From Eledone cirrhosa (Eukaryota), in contig OZ024749.1 in NCBI GenBank assembly GCA_964016885.1, forward strand, positions 9,858,001 to 9,922,000: a stretch of 64,000 nucleotides of DNA, written 5' to 3'. The translations under genes and the position numbers were made by a program. Below are positions 10,824 through 23,484 of this stretch, one piece after another. A model generated the notes under the pieces. That model ran no database searches, was not told where the DNA came from, and worked only from the letters and a program-made list of their open reading frames with translations. Every line of letters begins with the position of its first letter. The stretch's first letter is position 1.

Positions 10824-11044
10824 CCCTTTAGCATTTAAACCAGCCGTATCCTGCCAGTATTTTCTCACCTCTTTCTGTTCAAACCAGCCATAACTGGTCA
10901 CTCATACTGATGTTAAAGTATTGTTCTCAAAATAAATAACATCAAAATCTCGTAGATTCAATATTATGTGAGATAATTATGTAAGATAAAGCTTTTATCA
11001 CAAAATTACAATAATAAATATAGAGTAATGTAAATGTTAAAAGG
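10824..11044. mobile_element. piggyBac-type MITE (family 1)
   Basis: TTAA|CCCTTTAGCATTTA...TAAATGTTAAAAGG|TTCA. Confidence 0.75.
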
Positions 11045-11994
11045 TTCATTTTAAAAATAAAGTGTACCCCTAGCTAGAACCCAGTTAGTCCTCTACCCCC
11101 AACTCCTTAATCTGCAACTGTTCTCATCTTACTATCCTCGCCCATTGAGCAGGCTTCTAGTTGTGACCTTCTTGTTTTTTTCTATCTACAGAGAACCCAG
11201 AACCACATTCAATACGACCATTGTTTTTCTAAGATGGTAGGGTGTAATTTGAGGGAAATTTGGCTGCTATTTCTACAACATAGAAGCTCCTTTGTTGGGG
11301 CTGAGTTATTAAATGTATTTTTTAAAGTTAGGTGATATCTAGATGTGAACTACTGAGAAGAAGATAACAACTGGGAAGAGAAAGGAAAAGAGAGAGTGTA
11401 AAGGAACAATTAAGAAAAAAGTGGAGGAAGAAAGAGGTCAAAGGTCTGAAGAGAGAAATGAGAGAGAGGGAGGAGTGATAGAGAGGGGGGAGGAGTGATA
11501 GAGAGGGGGAGAGGAGTGATAGAGAGGGAGATAAATGATAGAGAAGGAGAAAGGTAAAGAAAGATCTAAGATAAAAGATTTCTAGATTTCAATCAGGTTT
11601 TGTAAAATGGCCGACAGCATGATGTAATAAGCAATAGTTGTTATCAAATATATTTATAATGTATAGCAGCAGATACATCACGTAAGATTGTTGTGGACTG
11701 ATGCACTTGAGACGATGTTGTTTAGTCACACACATGAGTGTGTCCGTGAAACATATACACCAGGTCCGAACACAAAGGAGCCAAACTGTCACTGGCTCCG
11801 TCTCTTCCGCTCTCCCCATCTCTTACTATCATCAGCAAATGAGGGTCCACATGCTGGCTGTCCTGTGACCCTGGTGGACAGAATAGAGAAGACGTTTCCC
11901 TGGAGGATGGTGAGGGAGACACGTTTGCAGAGCCATTCCAGCTCGCAAGGTGCACTGATGCCATTAGAAAAAACACCTAGATCACACCAATAAG

Positions 11995-13610
11995 TGGTAG
12001 TGTTGGTGCCATGACAAAAACACCTTGTCCACCTTGTAAAGTGGTCATAATGGTGCCATGACAAAAACACCTTGTCCACCTTGTAAAGTGGTCATAATGG
12101 TGCCATGACAAAAACGCCTTGTCCACCTTGTAAAGTGGTCATAATGGTGCCATGACAAAAACGCCTTGTCCACCTTGTAAAGGGGTCATATTGGTGCCAT
12201 GACAAAAACACCTTGTAAGGTGGTCATATTGGTGCCATGACAAAAACACGTTGTCCACCTTGTAAAGTGGTCATATTGGTGCCATGACAAAAACACCTTG
12301 TCCACCTTGTAAAGTGGTCATATTGGTGCCATGACAAAAACACCTTGTAAGGTGGTCATATTGGTGCCATGACAAAAACACCTTGTCCACCTTGTAAAGT
12401 GGTCATATTGGTGCCATGACAAAAACACCTTGTCCACCTTGTAAAGTGGTCATATTGGTGCCATGACAAAAACAACTTGTCCACCTTGTAAGGTGGTCAT
12501 ATTGGTGCCATGACAAAAAACACCTTGTCCACCTTGTAAAGTGGTCATAATGGTGCCATGACAAAAACGCCTTGTCCACCTTGTAAAGGGGTCATATTGG
12601 TGCCATGACAAAAACACCTTGTAAGGTGGTCATATTGGTGCCATGACAAAAACACCTTGTCCACCTTGTAAAGTGGTCATATTGGTGCCATGACAAAAAC
12701 ACCTTGTAAGGTGGTCATATTGGTGCCATGACAAAAACACCTTGTAAGGTGGTCATATTGGTGCCATGACAAAAACACGTTGTCCACCTTGTAAAGTGGT
12801 CATATTGGTGCCATGACAAAAACACGTTGTCCACCTTGTAAAGTGGTCATATTGGTGCCATGACAAAAACACCTTGTAAGGTGGTCATATTGGTGCCATG
12901 ACAAAAACACGTTGTCCACCTTGTAAAGTGGTCATATTGGTGCCATGACAAAAACACGTTGTCCACTTTGTAAAGTGGTCATATTGGTGCCATGACAAAA
13001 ACACCTTGTCCACCTTGTAAAGTGGTCATAATGGTGCCATGACAAAAACGCCTTGTCCACCTTGTAAAGGGGTCATATTGGTGCCATGACAAAAACACCT
13101 TGTAAGGTGGTCATATTGGTGCCATGACAAAAACACCTTGTCCACCTTGTAAAGGGGTCATATTGGTGCCATGACACAAACACCTTGTCCACCTTGTAAA
13201 GGGGTCATATTGGTGCCATGACACAAACACCTTGTCCACCTTGTAAAGGGGTCATATTGGTGCCATGACACAAACACCTTGTCCACCTTGTAAAGTGGTC
13301 ATATTGGTGCCATGACAAAAACACCTTGTCCACCTTGTAAAGGGGTCATATTGGTGCCATGACACAAACACCTTGTCCACCTTGTAAAGGGGTCATATTG
13401 GTGCCATGACACAAACACCTTGTCCACCTTGTAAAGGGGTCATATTGGTGCCATGACACAAACACCTTGTCCACCTTGTAAAGTGGTCATATTGGTGCCA
13501 TGACAAAAACACCTTGTCCACCTTGTAAAGGAGTCATATTGGTGCCATGACGCAAACACCTTGTCCACCTTGTAAGGTGGTCATATTGGTGCCATGACAA
13601 GAAGCATGCA
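11995..13610. repeat. 47-bp minisatellite (ggtgccatgacaaaaacaccttgtccaccttgtaaagtggtcatatt) with 38-bp deletion variants
   Basis: Period 47 (12052 to 12099); spans about 1.6 kb. Confidence 0.97.
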
Positions 13611-14104
13611 GTCCAACCTACAAGGTGGTAGTGGTGGTACCACGAACAAAGCTCCTACCCGATGATATAAAGTGGTTGCCATTAAGAAGGGCACCTACTC
13701 ATAGAAAACCTAGCTAAAAACCGAACATAACAGTATGATGTAGGGACCAGACCTGACCCACCTAGTGCCATGACGTGGCAACCTATCAAACCCATACAAG
13801 TATGGAAGATAAAGATTAAACAGTAATGACGACGATGATGATGATTATGAAACATGTACACACATATATATATACATACAAGTATATATATATATATATA
13901 CACACAAGTATATATATATATATATACACACAAGTATATATATATATATATACACAAGTATATATATATATATACACACAAGTATATATATATATATATA
14001 TACACAAGTATATATATATATATACATATAAGTATATATACAAAAGTATATATATATATATATATACAAAAGTATATATATATATATATATATACACACA
14101 AGTA

Positions 14105-14600
14105 TCATCATCATCATCATCAACGTTTAACGTCCGTGTTCCACGCTTGCATGGGTTTGGACGGGGGTAGTCCCACTTGAGGCAAGAGTGATTGTCTTGC
14201 TCGCATAGGACTGTCTGGCGGGTTTTCTACAGTTGGATGCCCTTCCTAACACCAACCACATTTACAGTGTGGGTCTGGGAGGTTTTTACCGTGTTGCCTA
14301 CACGGCCACATTACAGCGTGGACTGTGTGTTTTTTTGTTGTGACACCTACACGATCTCATTTGTTTCGGCCTGGATGGCGCGGCACCAACATAACTTTAC
14401 ATAGAACGGGGTGGTGTGGATGGGGTGGGGGTGGTGGCGGGACGGGGTGTATTTTGTTAGAGATGCCTACTAGCAAGGCGGGTCTTCTCTGTTACTGAGT
14501 ACCGCCAAAGGTCTCGGTCCAGTGACATTGTCTTGGAGAGGTGTAAGTGTGTGAGGTCGGAGTTTATCAGCTCATCCCATGTTTTTCTAGGTCTGCCTAT
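14105..14600 (-). mobile_element. RTE LINE 3' end (short copy)
   Basis: Near identity to 21464-21980; encodes [14 protein letters not shown]; (cat)n tail. Confidence 0.88.
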
Positions 14601-14699
14601 AAGTATATATATATATATACACACAAGTATATATATATACACAAGTATATATATATATATACACAAGTATATATATATATATATATATATACACACAAG

Positions 14700-14731
<32 letters not shown>

Positions 14732-14840
14732 AGTATATATATATATATATATACACACAAGTATATATATATATATATACACACAAGTATATATATATAT
14801 ATATATATATACACACAAGTATATATATATATATACACAC

Positions 14841-14871
<31 letters not shown>

Positions 14872-16716
14872 AGCATATATGGTTCTTAAATTTACACCTT
14901 TAGTGATAAGAACAATCGTTATCTAAATATGCATATATATTTCTCAGGTGGCCATCACTTACACACACACACAAACACACATATGCACACACACACAAAC
15001 ACACATATGCACACACACACAAACACACATGCACACAAACACAAACACACATAAACATATTCAAATTGCTATTTGTGTGTGTGTATATATATAACGTATG
15101 AGTGCATATGTTGAAGACTTATCTGTTTGTTTTTATATATTGGGTTAGTCTGGAGGAAAGGTATTGTGACTATGGCCTACACAGGTCCTCCAGGGAAGAT
15201 GGTGTGTGCTCTTGGCCTACAGTCCCTCCATTGGGTTGGTCTGGGGGGAAGATGGTGTCTGGCACTTTACAGGCCCTCGGTTGGATTGGCCTGAAGAAAA
15301 GATACTGTGACCGTGGCGTTTTACAAACCCTTCATTGGGTTAGTCTGAAGGAAAGGCAGCATGTCTTCACACACCCTTTGTTAGATTGGTTCAACTTGAG
15401 GGGAGATTTAACTGCTGTTTCTAACAGGTTCCATTATTGGTTCATGTTAAACAAGAGGATTAGTTAACACAGCCTTCAGATTCACTTGTGACATTTCAGG
15501 TGATAAATTAATTCTCTACATCATTATTGGCAGTATCGGTAGAGGGTCGGACGCCATGTTTTGCAGCAAAGAGTTACGGCCCTTTATGGTCTGAGTTCAA
15601 ATCCCGCCAAGGTTAACTTTGCCTTTCATCCTTACGGGGTCGATAAAATAAAGCACCAGTAATACACTGGGATAATTGCTGGCCTTGTGCCAAAAGTAGA
15701 AACAATTATATAATTATATAATTACTATAATATATCCTTCTTAATTGCTGTTTAGAAACACAAGCTTCAGTGTATGTATGGTGCCGTAACTCCTGAGGGA
15801 GTCGTAGAGGTGCCATATTGACATACAACATTTCTAGGGCAACTTTAAACCTGGTGGAGCCCACCTCCTTTCCAGGTCTGAATACAGCAGATTTCGTTCA
15901 GAGAAGGTTAACTAGTGAAAGAATGGAAGTGAGAAAGAGATATAGAGGAAGAATAGACCCCAGTACTTGACTGGTACGGTTTTTATCGACCTCGAAAGGA
16001 CAAAAGGCAAAGTTGACCTCGCCGGGATTTGAACTCAAAGAGCAGAGAGCAGAGAGCCAAAATGAATACCACAAAGCATTCTATCCGACATTCTAACAAC
16101 TCTGCCAATTCAACGCCTTTCAAGTTTCAATCAAATAATATATAAATAACTTCATCCCCTAACTGTAGCTTTTATTATTCATTATATATATACTAAGGTC
16201 AGTAGATGGGCAGAGTCATTAGGGCATCAGATAGAATACTTTGCAGTATTCGTTCCAACTCTCCGCTCCCTGAGTTCAAATCCCACCAAGGTCAACTTTG
16301 GCTTTCATCCTTTCGAGGTCAATAAACAAAGTACCAGTCTAGTACTGGGGTTGATTCTTCCTCTATATCTCTTTATCATTTTCACTTTCTATCCTTTTCT
16401 GGAAGAAATCTGTGTTCTGACCTGGAGTGGGATGGGCTCCGCCAGGCTTAAAATACCCAAGGGACACCTTATGCAACTATGGCACCCCAACAATTCTATA
16501 AGGACCATACCATGCCATATATATATATATTAAGGGCAGTAGATTGGCAGAGTTGTTAGGGCATTGGACAAAATGGTTCACAGCATTTAGTTATGTCTCT
16601 TTACATTCTGAGTTCAAATCCTGTCAAGGTTTAAAGTACCAGTCAACCACTGGGGTCTATATAGTCAACTTTCCCCGTCATCTTAAAATTGCTGGCCTTG
16701 TGCCTATGTTAGAAAT

Positions 16717-16767
<51 letters not shown>

Positions 16768-16812
16768 CATGTACCGTCAACTTAACTGACAAAGCTTTTA
16801 TTAACTTATTTG

Positions 16813-16874
<62 letters not shown>

Positions 16875-17122
16875 ATATATTAATTGTTTCTACTTTTGGC
16901 ACAAGGCCAGCAAATACCCAGTACATTACTGGTACTTTATTTTTATCGACCCCGTAAGGATGAAAGGCAAAGTTAACCTCGGCGGAATTTGAACTCAGAA
17001 TGGCAAGGGCCGTAACTCTTTGCGTCAAAGCATGGCGTCCGACCCTCTACCGATACTGCCAATCCACCGCCCTATATATACAATATATTAATAAATGGAA
17101 ACTATATTTATAAAACCATAAT

Positions 17123-17188
17123 TATTTTATTATATATGTTTCAAGGGCAACCAAGGCAAACTTTGGTGCGCCTTCATCAGATAAAATA
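17123..17188 (-). ncRNA. Hammerhead ribozyme motif, same family as 3671-3734
   Basis: Minus strand reads tattttat-CTGATGA-aggcgcaccaaagtttgccttggttgccctt-GAAA-C-ATAT-ATA-ataaaata. Flanks are homologous to 3636-3770. Confidence 0.7.
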
Positions 17189-17310
17189 CAAAATTTGTTT
17201 TATAAATGTTGACATACCCGCGGAAAAACAACCTTGACGGTTTAAGGTTCTCTGGATATATATATATATAATAATATATAAGATCAAAAGATGGTTAAAA
17301 GAGTTCCATG

Positions 17311-17381
17311 TATTTTATTATGCGCATTTCAAAAACAAATATCATCATGCAATAACATTTGCGTTTTCGTCAGATAAAATA
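17311..17381 (-). ncRNA. Hammerhead ribozyme motif
   Basis: Minus strand reads tattttat-CTGACGA-aaacgcaaatgttattgcatgatgatatttgttttt-GAAA-T-GCGC-ATA-ataaaata. 8-bp helix I, palindrome ATGCGCAT. Confidence 0.75.
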
Positions 17382-17879
17382 GGGAGACATGATATGAAGG
17401 TTAAAACACACTTGTGAATAGTGAAGTTTTAAATCAACATATCCGATATCTGCATTGCTTTATTGTACTACAATAAAACTCACCTCCTACATATATATAT
17501 ATATATATCCAAAATTAAATTAAGGGTGTCATGTCCGAGAGACATGCGCCATATCCACTGTAGAATATACTCAAAGATTCCAATGAATAAATCCGAGCAT
17601 TTTATATTTTTCCCTGTGATTGTTTCATATATTTATTTTATATATATATATATATATATATAAACAAGACACGGTCATCTGATTTGACTTGTCTCACAAT
17701 GGGACAACTCGTCCAACCCATGCAAGCTCGTTCAATGGTGATAATGACGATGATGATATATATATATATATATATATACATATATATGTGTGTGTGTGTG
17801 TGTGTGTATATATGTGTTAAGTATTTCTGTAGAAAAAGTAAAGGAAAGAAGAGTGCTCTACGTATAGTACAGAGCTATT

Positions 17880-18065
17880 TAATTACATAATAAACAACGC
17901 AATATAATTATTCCATCACCAAAGGTTTCAGGAAACTAGACAATCTTAACAGAAACGTCCAGCATGCTCATCAGAGAGCGTACTAGACGTTTCTGTTAAG
18001 ATTGTCAAGTTTCCTGAAACCTTTGGTGATGGAATAATTATAGTGTGTTTTTTATTATATAATTA
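17880..18065. repeat. Inverted repeat (about 75-bp arms) within a (TA)n-flanked insertion
   Basis: ataattattccatcaccaaaggtttcaggaaactagacaatcttaacagaaacgtc versus gacgtttctgttaagattgtcaagtttcctgaaacctttggtgatggaataattat. Confidence 0.8.
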
Positions 18066-18612
18066 AATAAAATTTTATATATATATATATCATCATCATC
18101 AACATCATCATTTTATGTTCGCTTTTCCCTGCTTGCAAGGGTGGGACGGTATCTGATTCTGGCTTGATTTCTACAGCTGGATTCCCTTCCTAACACCAAC
18201 CTCATGTACAGTGAGTGCTGGTTGCTTTCTTTCTGTGACGCCTACACGTCCACTTTACAGTGTGGGCTGGGTGTTTTTTTGCCGTGGCACCTCCACGACC
18301 ACTTTGCAGTGGAATGATATGGACCCCAGTCCCTATCATCTCATTTCTACAGCTGAGTAAACTGGAGCAATGTGAAATAAAGTGTCTTTCTCAAGGAACA
18401 ACACATCACCCGGTCTGAGAATTGAACTCACAACCTTTCGATTGCAAGGCCAATGCTCTAACCACTAAGCCATGTGCCTCCATTATATATATGTATAGAA
18501 ATTTCGTATTTCTAAAGAAACACGGTATGTTTACATATATTTATATATCCCTGTGTACCATAAACTGAACTATCACAGCTTTTATTATTTATTTGTTGTC
18601 AGAGTTCAAAGA

Positions 18613-18860
18613 CATAACAGATAACAAGTATAACAAATAACAGATAACAAGTATAACAAATAACAGATAACAAGTATAACAAGTATAACAGATAACAAGT
18701 ATAACAAATAACAGATAACAAGTATAACAGATAACAAGTATAACAAATAACAGATAACAAGTATAACAAGTATAACAGATAACAAGTATAACAAGTATAA
18801 CAAATAACAGATAACAAGTATAACAAGTATAACAAGTAACAGATAACAAGTATAACAAGT
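18613..18860. repeat. Short-unit repeat built from (GATAACA/AGTATAACA/AATAACA)
   Basis: Direct inspection. Confidence 0.9.
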
Positions 18861-19002
18861 AAATGAATGGGGGAGAGAGAGAGAGCGGTAGACATGTGTT
18901 TGTGGACATGTGTAGAGTGAATGTTCAGCTTCCAAATAAATATACATGCCTGTGTCTGTGTGTGTTCGTGTGTGTGTGTGTGTGTGTGTGTGCATGTGTG
19001 GC

Positions 19003-19830
19003 GCAGCAGCATCATTGTCAACTGCTACAAGGGTAAAAGAGATGCACTAGATAGAGGAAACTATGGACCAAGTCATGAAAGTAACAGAAAGAGTCATAAG
19101 ACAGTTGAGTAGGGACAAGGTAAATCTAGATTAGATGCAGTTTGGATTTGTACCAGGCAAAAGCACCACTGATGCCCTCTTCCTTGTGAAGCAGTTACAG
19201 GAAAAGTACCTAGCTAAAAGTAAGCTGCTCTACCTGACATTTGTTGATCTGGAGAAAGCTTTCAACAGAGTGCCCTGTAACATAATCTGGTGGGCTCTTA
19301 GAAAACTAGGAGTAGATGAGTGGCTTGTGAAGGCTGTACAAGACATGTATAGGGGAGCAGTCAGCAAAGTTAAGATTAAGAATGACTATAACGAGGAATT
19401 TAGGGCACAAGTTGGCGTCCACCAGGGCTCTGACCTTAGCCCACTCCTGTTTATTAAAGTACTGCAGACTATAACAGAGGAGTTTAAGACCAGAGGCCCA
19501 TGGGAACCTCTGTACGTGGATGATCTATGGTGGAACTAGAGAAGAAATTCCAAACATGGAAGCAGAGCCTAGAAAGAAGGGGTCTTAAAGTCAACCTGAC
19601 AAAGACTAAGGTCCTAGTAAGTAGAAGATAAAACAGAACACAGATGCCATCAGAGAAATGGCCTTGCTCAGTATGTAGGAAAGGAGAAGGTAGAAATTCC
19701 ATCCTTTGCCCCAAATGCAAACTATTGGTACACAAGAGAAGTAGTGGGATTTCAGGAAGTTTAGCTAAGAATGTAGGCTTTACATGTAGAGTTGCACCGG
19801 GAAAGTAAGCAGCAAATGACCACAGGAAAC
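19003..19830 (+). mobile_element. RTE LINE internal RT fragment
   Basis: ORF 19135-19539 (MQFGFVPGKSTTDALF...FVDLEKAFNRVP...GVHQGS.LSPLLF...YVDDL) is homologous to 53432-53953. Confidence 0.9.
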
Positions 19831-20464
19831 AAGAACTTCTATGACTGACCCTGAGCCAATCCTCTGTGAAACACACATAACCAGTTGATACACAAAAACT
19901 AACTACATGTGAACAAAATTTTATAGTTTTCTTTAATGCTTAGACTCTGCCTGTGTATTGAGTGCTTGCTTTGGTATTGCCACCAGTAATTAACTGAATC
20001 ACATACACTATATATATATATACACACACACATATATATAAATATATCATCAGCATCATCATCACCGTTTTACGTCCGTTCTTCCACGCTAGCATGGGTT
20101 AGACGGGTTGTCCTGTTGTGGGCAGTGTCCAGTTAGCTGACCTTGTCTTGCTCATACGGGAACTGATTCTGGCTTGATTTCTACAGCTGGATGCCCTTCC
20201 TAACACCAACCTCATTTACAGTGAGTGCTGGATGCTTTTTTCCGTGGTGCCTACACATCCACTTTACAGTGTGGGCTGGGTGCTTTTTTGCCGTGGCACC
20301 TCCACAACCACTTTGCAGTGGAATGATAGGGACCCCAGTCCTATCATCTCATTACTACAGCTGAGTAAACTGGAGCAATGTGAAATAAAGTGTCTTGCTC
20401 AAGGAAACAACACATCACCCGGTCCGAGGATCGAACTCACAACCTTTCTATTGCAAGCCCAATG

Positions 20465-20529
<65 letters not shown>

Positions 20530-20534
20530 ATGTG

Positions 20535-20572
<38 letters not shown>

Positions 20573-20589
20573 ATGTGTTATATATATAT

Positions 20590-21270
20590 AAGACTTACGT
20601 AGATTAGAGAGAAACGAAGCCTGCATGCTCCGATGGATGTGTAACAGTAATATACGTGAACGACAAAGCATAAATGAATTGAGAGAGAGACTGAGCATAA
20701 GAGGAATCAAATGCTGCGTGCAGGAGAGGCGGTTACGCTGGTATGGACATGTGATGCGTATGAAGGATGACAGCTGCATAAAAAGGTGCAGAGCACTAGA
20801 AGTTGATGGAAACCGCGGAGTGGGGAGACCCAAGATGACTTGGGATGAGGTGATAAAAGCCGACCTTACCCAACTACACCTCTCAAAGTCAATGACACAC
20901 GACCGTGACTTCTGGCGTCACGCAGTAATACAGGGTACCCGACCTCCCATGGGTACATGCTGAAGCATATAAACAATATGCCCCCCCCCCACCACCACCG
21001 CAAGGTGGTCGTGGAGGTGCCACGGCAAAAAAGCACCCAGCCCACACTGTAAAGTGGACGTGTAGGCGCCACGAAAAAGCACCCAGCACTCACTGTAAAT
21101 GAGGTTGGTGTTAGGAAGGGCATCCAGCTGTAGAAATCAAGCCAGATCAGTTCCTGTATGAGCAAGGCATGGTCAGCCGACCAGACACTGCCCACAACAG
21201 GACAACCCGTCTAACCCATGCTAGCGTGGAAGAACGGACGTAAAACGGTGATGATGATGATGATGATGAT
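20590..21270 (+). mobile_element. RTE LINE 3' end with 3'UTR and (GAT)n tail
   Basis: ORF MLRWMCN...RRLRWYGHVMRMKDD...GRPKMTW; tail (gat)n next to (TA)n. Confidence 0.88.
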
Positions 21271-21289
21271 ATATATATGTGTGTATGTG

Positions 21290-21337
<48 letters not shown>

Positions 21338-21342
21338 ATGTG

Positions 21343-21376
<34 letters not shown>

Positions 21377-21381
21377 ATGTG

Positions 21382-21419
<38 letters not shown>

Positions 21420-21424
21420 ATGTG

Positions 21425-21463
<39 letters not shown>

Positions 21464-21464
<1 letters not shown>

Positions 21465-22415
21465 CATCATCATCATCAACGTTTAACGTCCGTGTTCCAT
21501 GCTTGCATGGGTTTGGACGGGGGTAGTCCCACTTGAGGCAAGAGTGATTGTCTTGCTCGCTTAGGACTGTCTGGCAGGTTTTCTACAGTTGGATGCCCTT
21601 CCTAACACCAACCACATTTACAGTGTGGGTCTGGGAGGTTTTTACCGTGTTGCCTACACGACCACATTACAGCGTGGACTGTGTGTTTTTTTGTCGTGAC
21701 ACCTACACGATCTCATTTGTTTCGGCCTCGATGGCGCGGCACCAACATAACTTTACATAGAACGGGGTGGTGTGGATGGGGTGGGGGTGGTGGGACGGGG
21801 GTGTATTTTGTTAGAGATGCCTACTGGCTGGAGTAGGTTTTACTATATATTTAGGTAAGGCGGGTCTTCTCTGTTACTGAGTACCGCCAAAGGTCTCGGT
21901 CCAGTGACATTGTCTTGGAGAGGTGTAAGTGTGTGATGTCGGAGTTTATCAGCTCGTCCCAGGTTTTTCTAGGTCTGCCTATTCCGTGACTACCGTCTAT
22001 CTTTATTGCCCTGCACTTTGTTATACAGCTATCGACTTTCATGCGCATCACGTGTCCATACCAACGTAGCCTTCTCTCGAGTAAACAACATCTGATCCCT
22101 CTTATCTCTAATTTTTTCCTTAGTTCGTTTATGCTTTGCCGTTCACGTATATTACTGTTACACATCCAGCGGAGCATGCAAGCTTCGTTCCTCTCTAGTC
22201 TGCGTATATCCTCTGCACACAATGCCCAGGTCTCACTGCCATGCAGCATTGCTGTTCGTATGCAGGCATCGTACAACCTGCCTTTCATTTTTAGTGAGAA
22301 CCCTTTAGCAGCTAATAGTGGTATAAGCTCTCTGAACTTTTTCCAACCAGTTCTGACTCTAGCTACAGTACTTTCAGAGCACCCTCCCCCACTGCTGCTA
22401 TCATGTGTGTTATAT
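21464..22415 (-). mobile_element. RTE LINE 3' fragment
   Basis: ORF 21851-22288 (KGRLYDACIRTAMLHGSETWA...RRLRWYGHVMR). The 3'UTR is nearly identical to 14105-14600 and 27715-28077. Confidence 0.9.
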
Positions 22416-22763
22416 ATATATATATATTTATGTGTGTGTTATATATATCACCCTTGCAAGCAGGGAAAAGCGGACGTATGATGATGATGATATATAACAA
22501 GGGTAAAAGTTCAGGTGACTAAAGTTATGTCAATAAAGTTTCAAGCTCCTTGTGATTCAGTGAAGAAAACTCATCTATTTATCAGATATTTCTAGTCTAC
22601 AGGGAATAAGGAACTAAACCATCATAATGAATACATAGACACATTATATATACATTATAGGTTAACTTTGTCTTTTATCCTTACAGGGTCGATAAAATGA
22701 AGTACCAGTAATGCACTGAGTATTTGCTGGCCTTGTGCCAAAAGTAAAAACAATTATATATAC

Positions 22764-22802
<39 letters not shown>

Positions 22803-23349
22803 ACATATATATATAGCATATGAGTGTCTGTGTGTATGTAATGTATACTCTTTTACCTGTTCCAGCCATCTAGTTGAGGCCATGCTGGGGCACATGTGTG
22901 TGTTTTTGTGTGTGTATATATATATATATATGTTCTCACACACATATGCGTGTGTGTATATATCTATCATCACCATCGTTTAAAGTCAATCTTCTTCGCT
23001 AGCATGGGTTGGACATATATGTGTGTGTGAGTACATATATATACATACACATACATATATATATATACGCAATCACATATATGTATATGTATATATATAT
23101 ATATATCATATGTGTGTCTAATATATATATATTATATTAATATTTTATATATGTTTTATTAAGAATATATCTATATACATATTTTGGCTCACGTATCATA
23201 TCGCACCGGGCTTACTCGTTCTTTCGCTCTTTCTTTCTCTCTCCCCTCCATATTTTCCATCTCCTCTCCTTATCTTTAAAACACCGCTGTAATAAGGTGA
23301 ATATTGTGTGGTTTGTTATATGTGAAGTTAATTATTTAAAGGTACTTAC

Positions 23350-23460
23350 GTTGTAAGGTTCGGCGAGAGAAAGGAAACGGTTTTTTGGCAACACTGGGCA
23401 AAGAATGAACACGAAGAAGATACGGCAGATCAACTTGCAGTGGTGTAATATTAATACCAT
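23350..23460 (-). CDS. TP53I3: Probable first coding exon of the TP53I3-like gene; 37-aa hydrophobic N-terminal extension MVLILHHCKLICRIFFVFILCPVLPKNRFLSLAEPYN
   Basis: Minus-strand ATG at 23460-23458, 37 open codons, then a perfect donor AAC|gtaagt (23349-23344) in phase 0. This matches the phase-0 acceptor of the exon at 9068 (AAA CTG GAG ATG). Unique, non-repeat sequence with CCAAT boxes just upstream. Confidence 0.6.
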
Positions 23461-23484
23461 CTAAAAGATAACAAGAAACTCGAA

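Noticed and set aside
13682-21536. Many YIYI/VCVC/HTHT ORFs in the ORF track
   Set aside because: Translations of (TA)n/(CA)n microsatellites with no coding signal.
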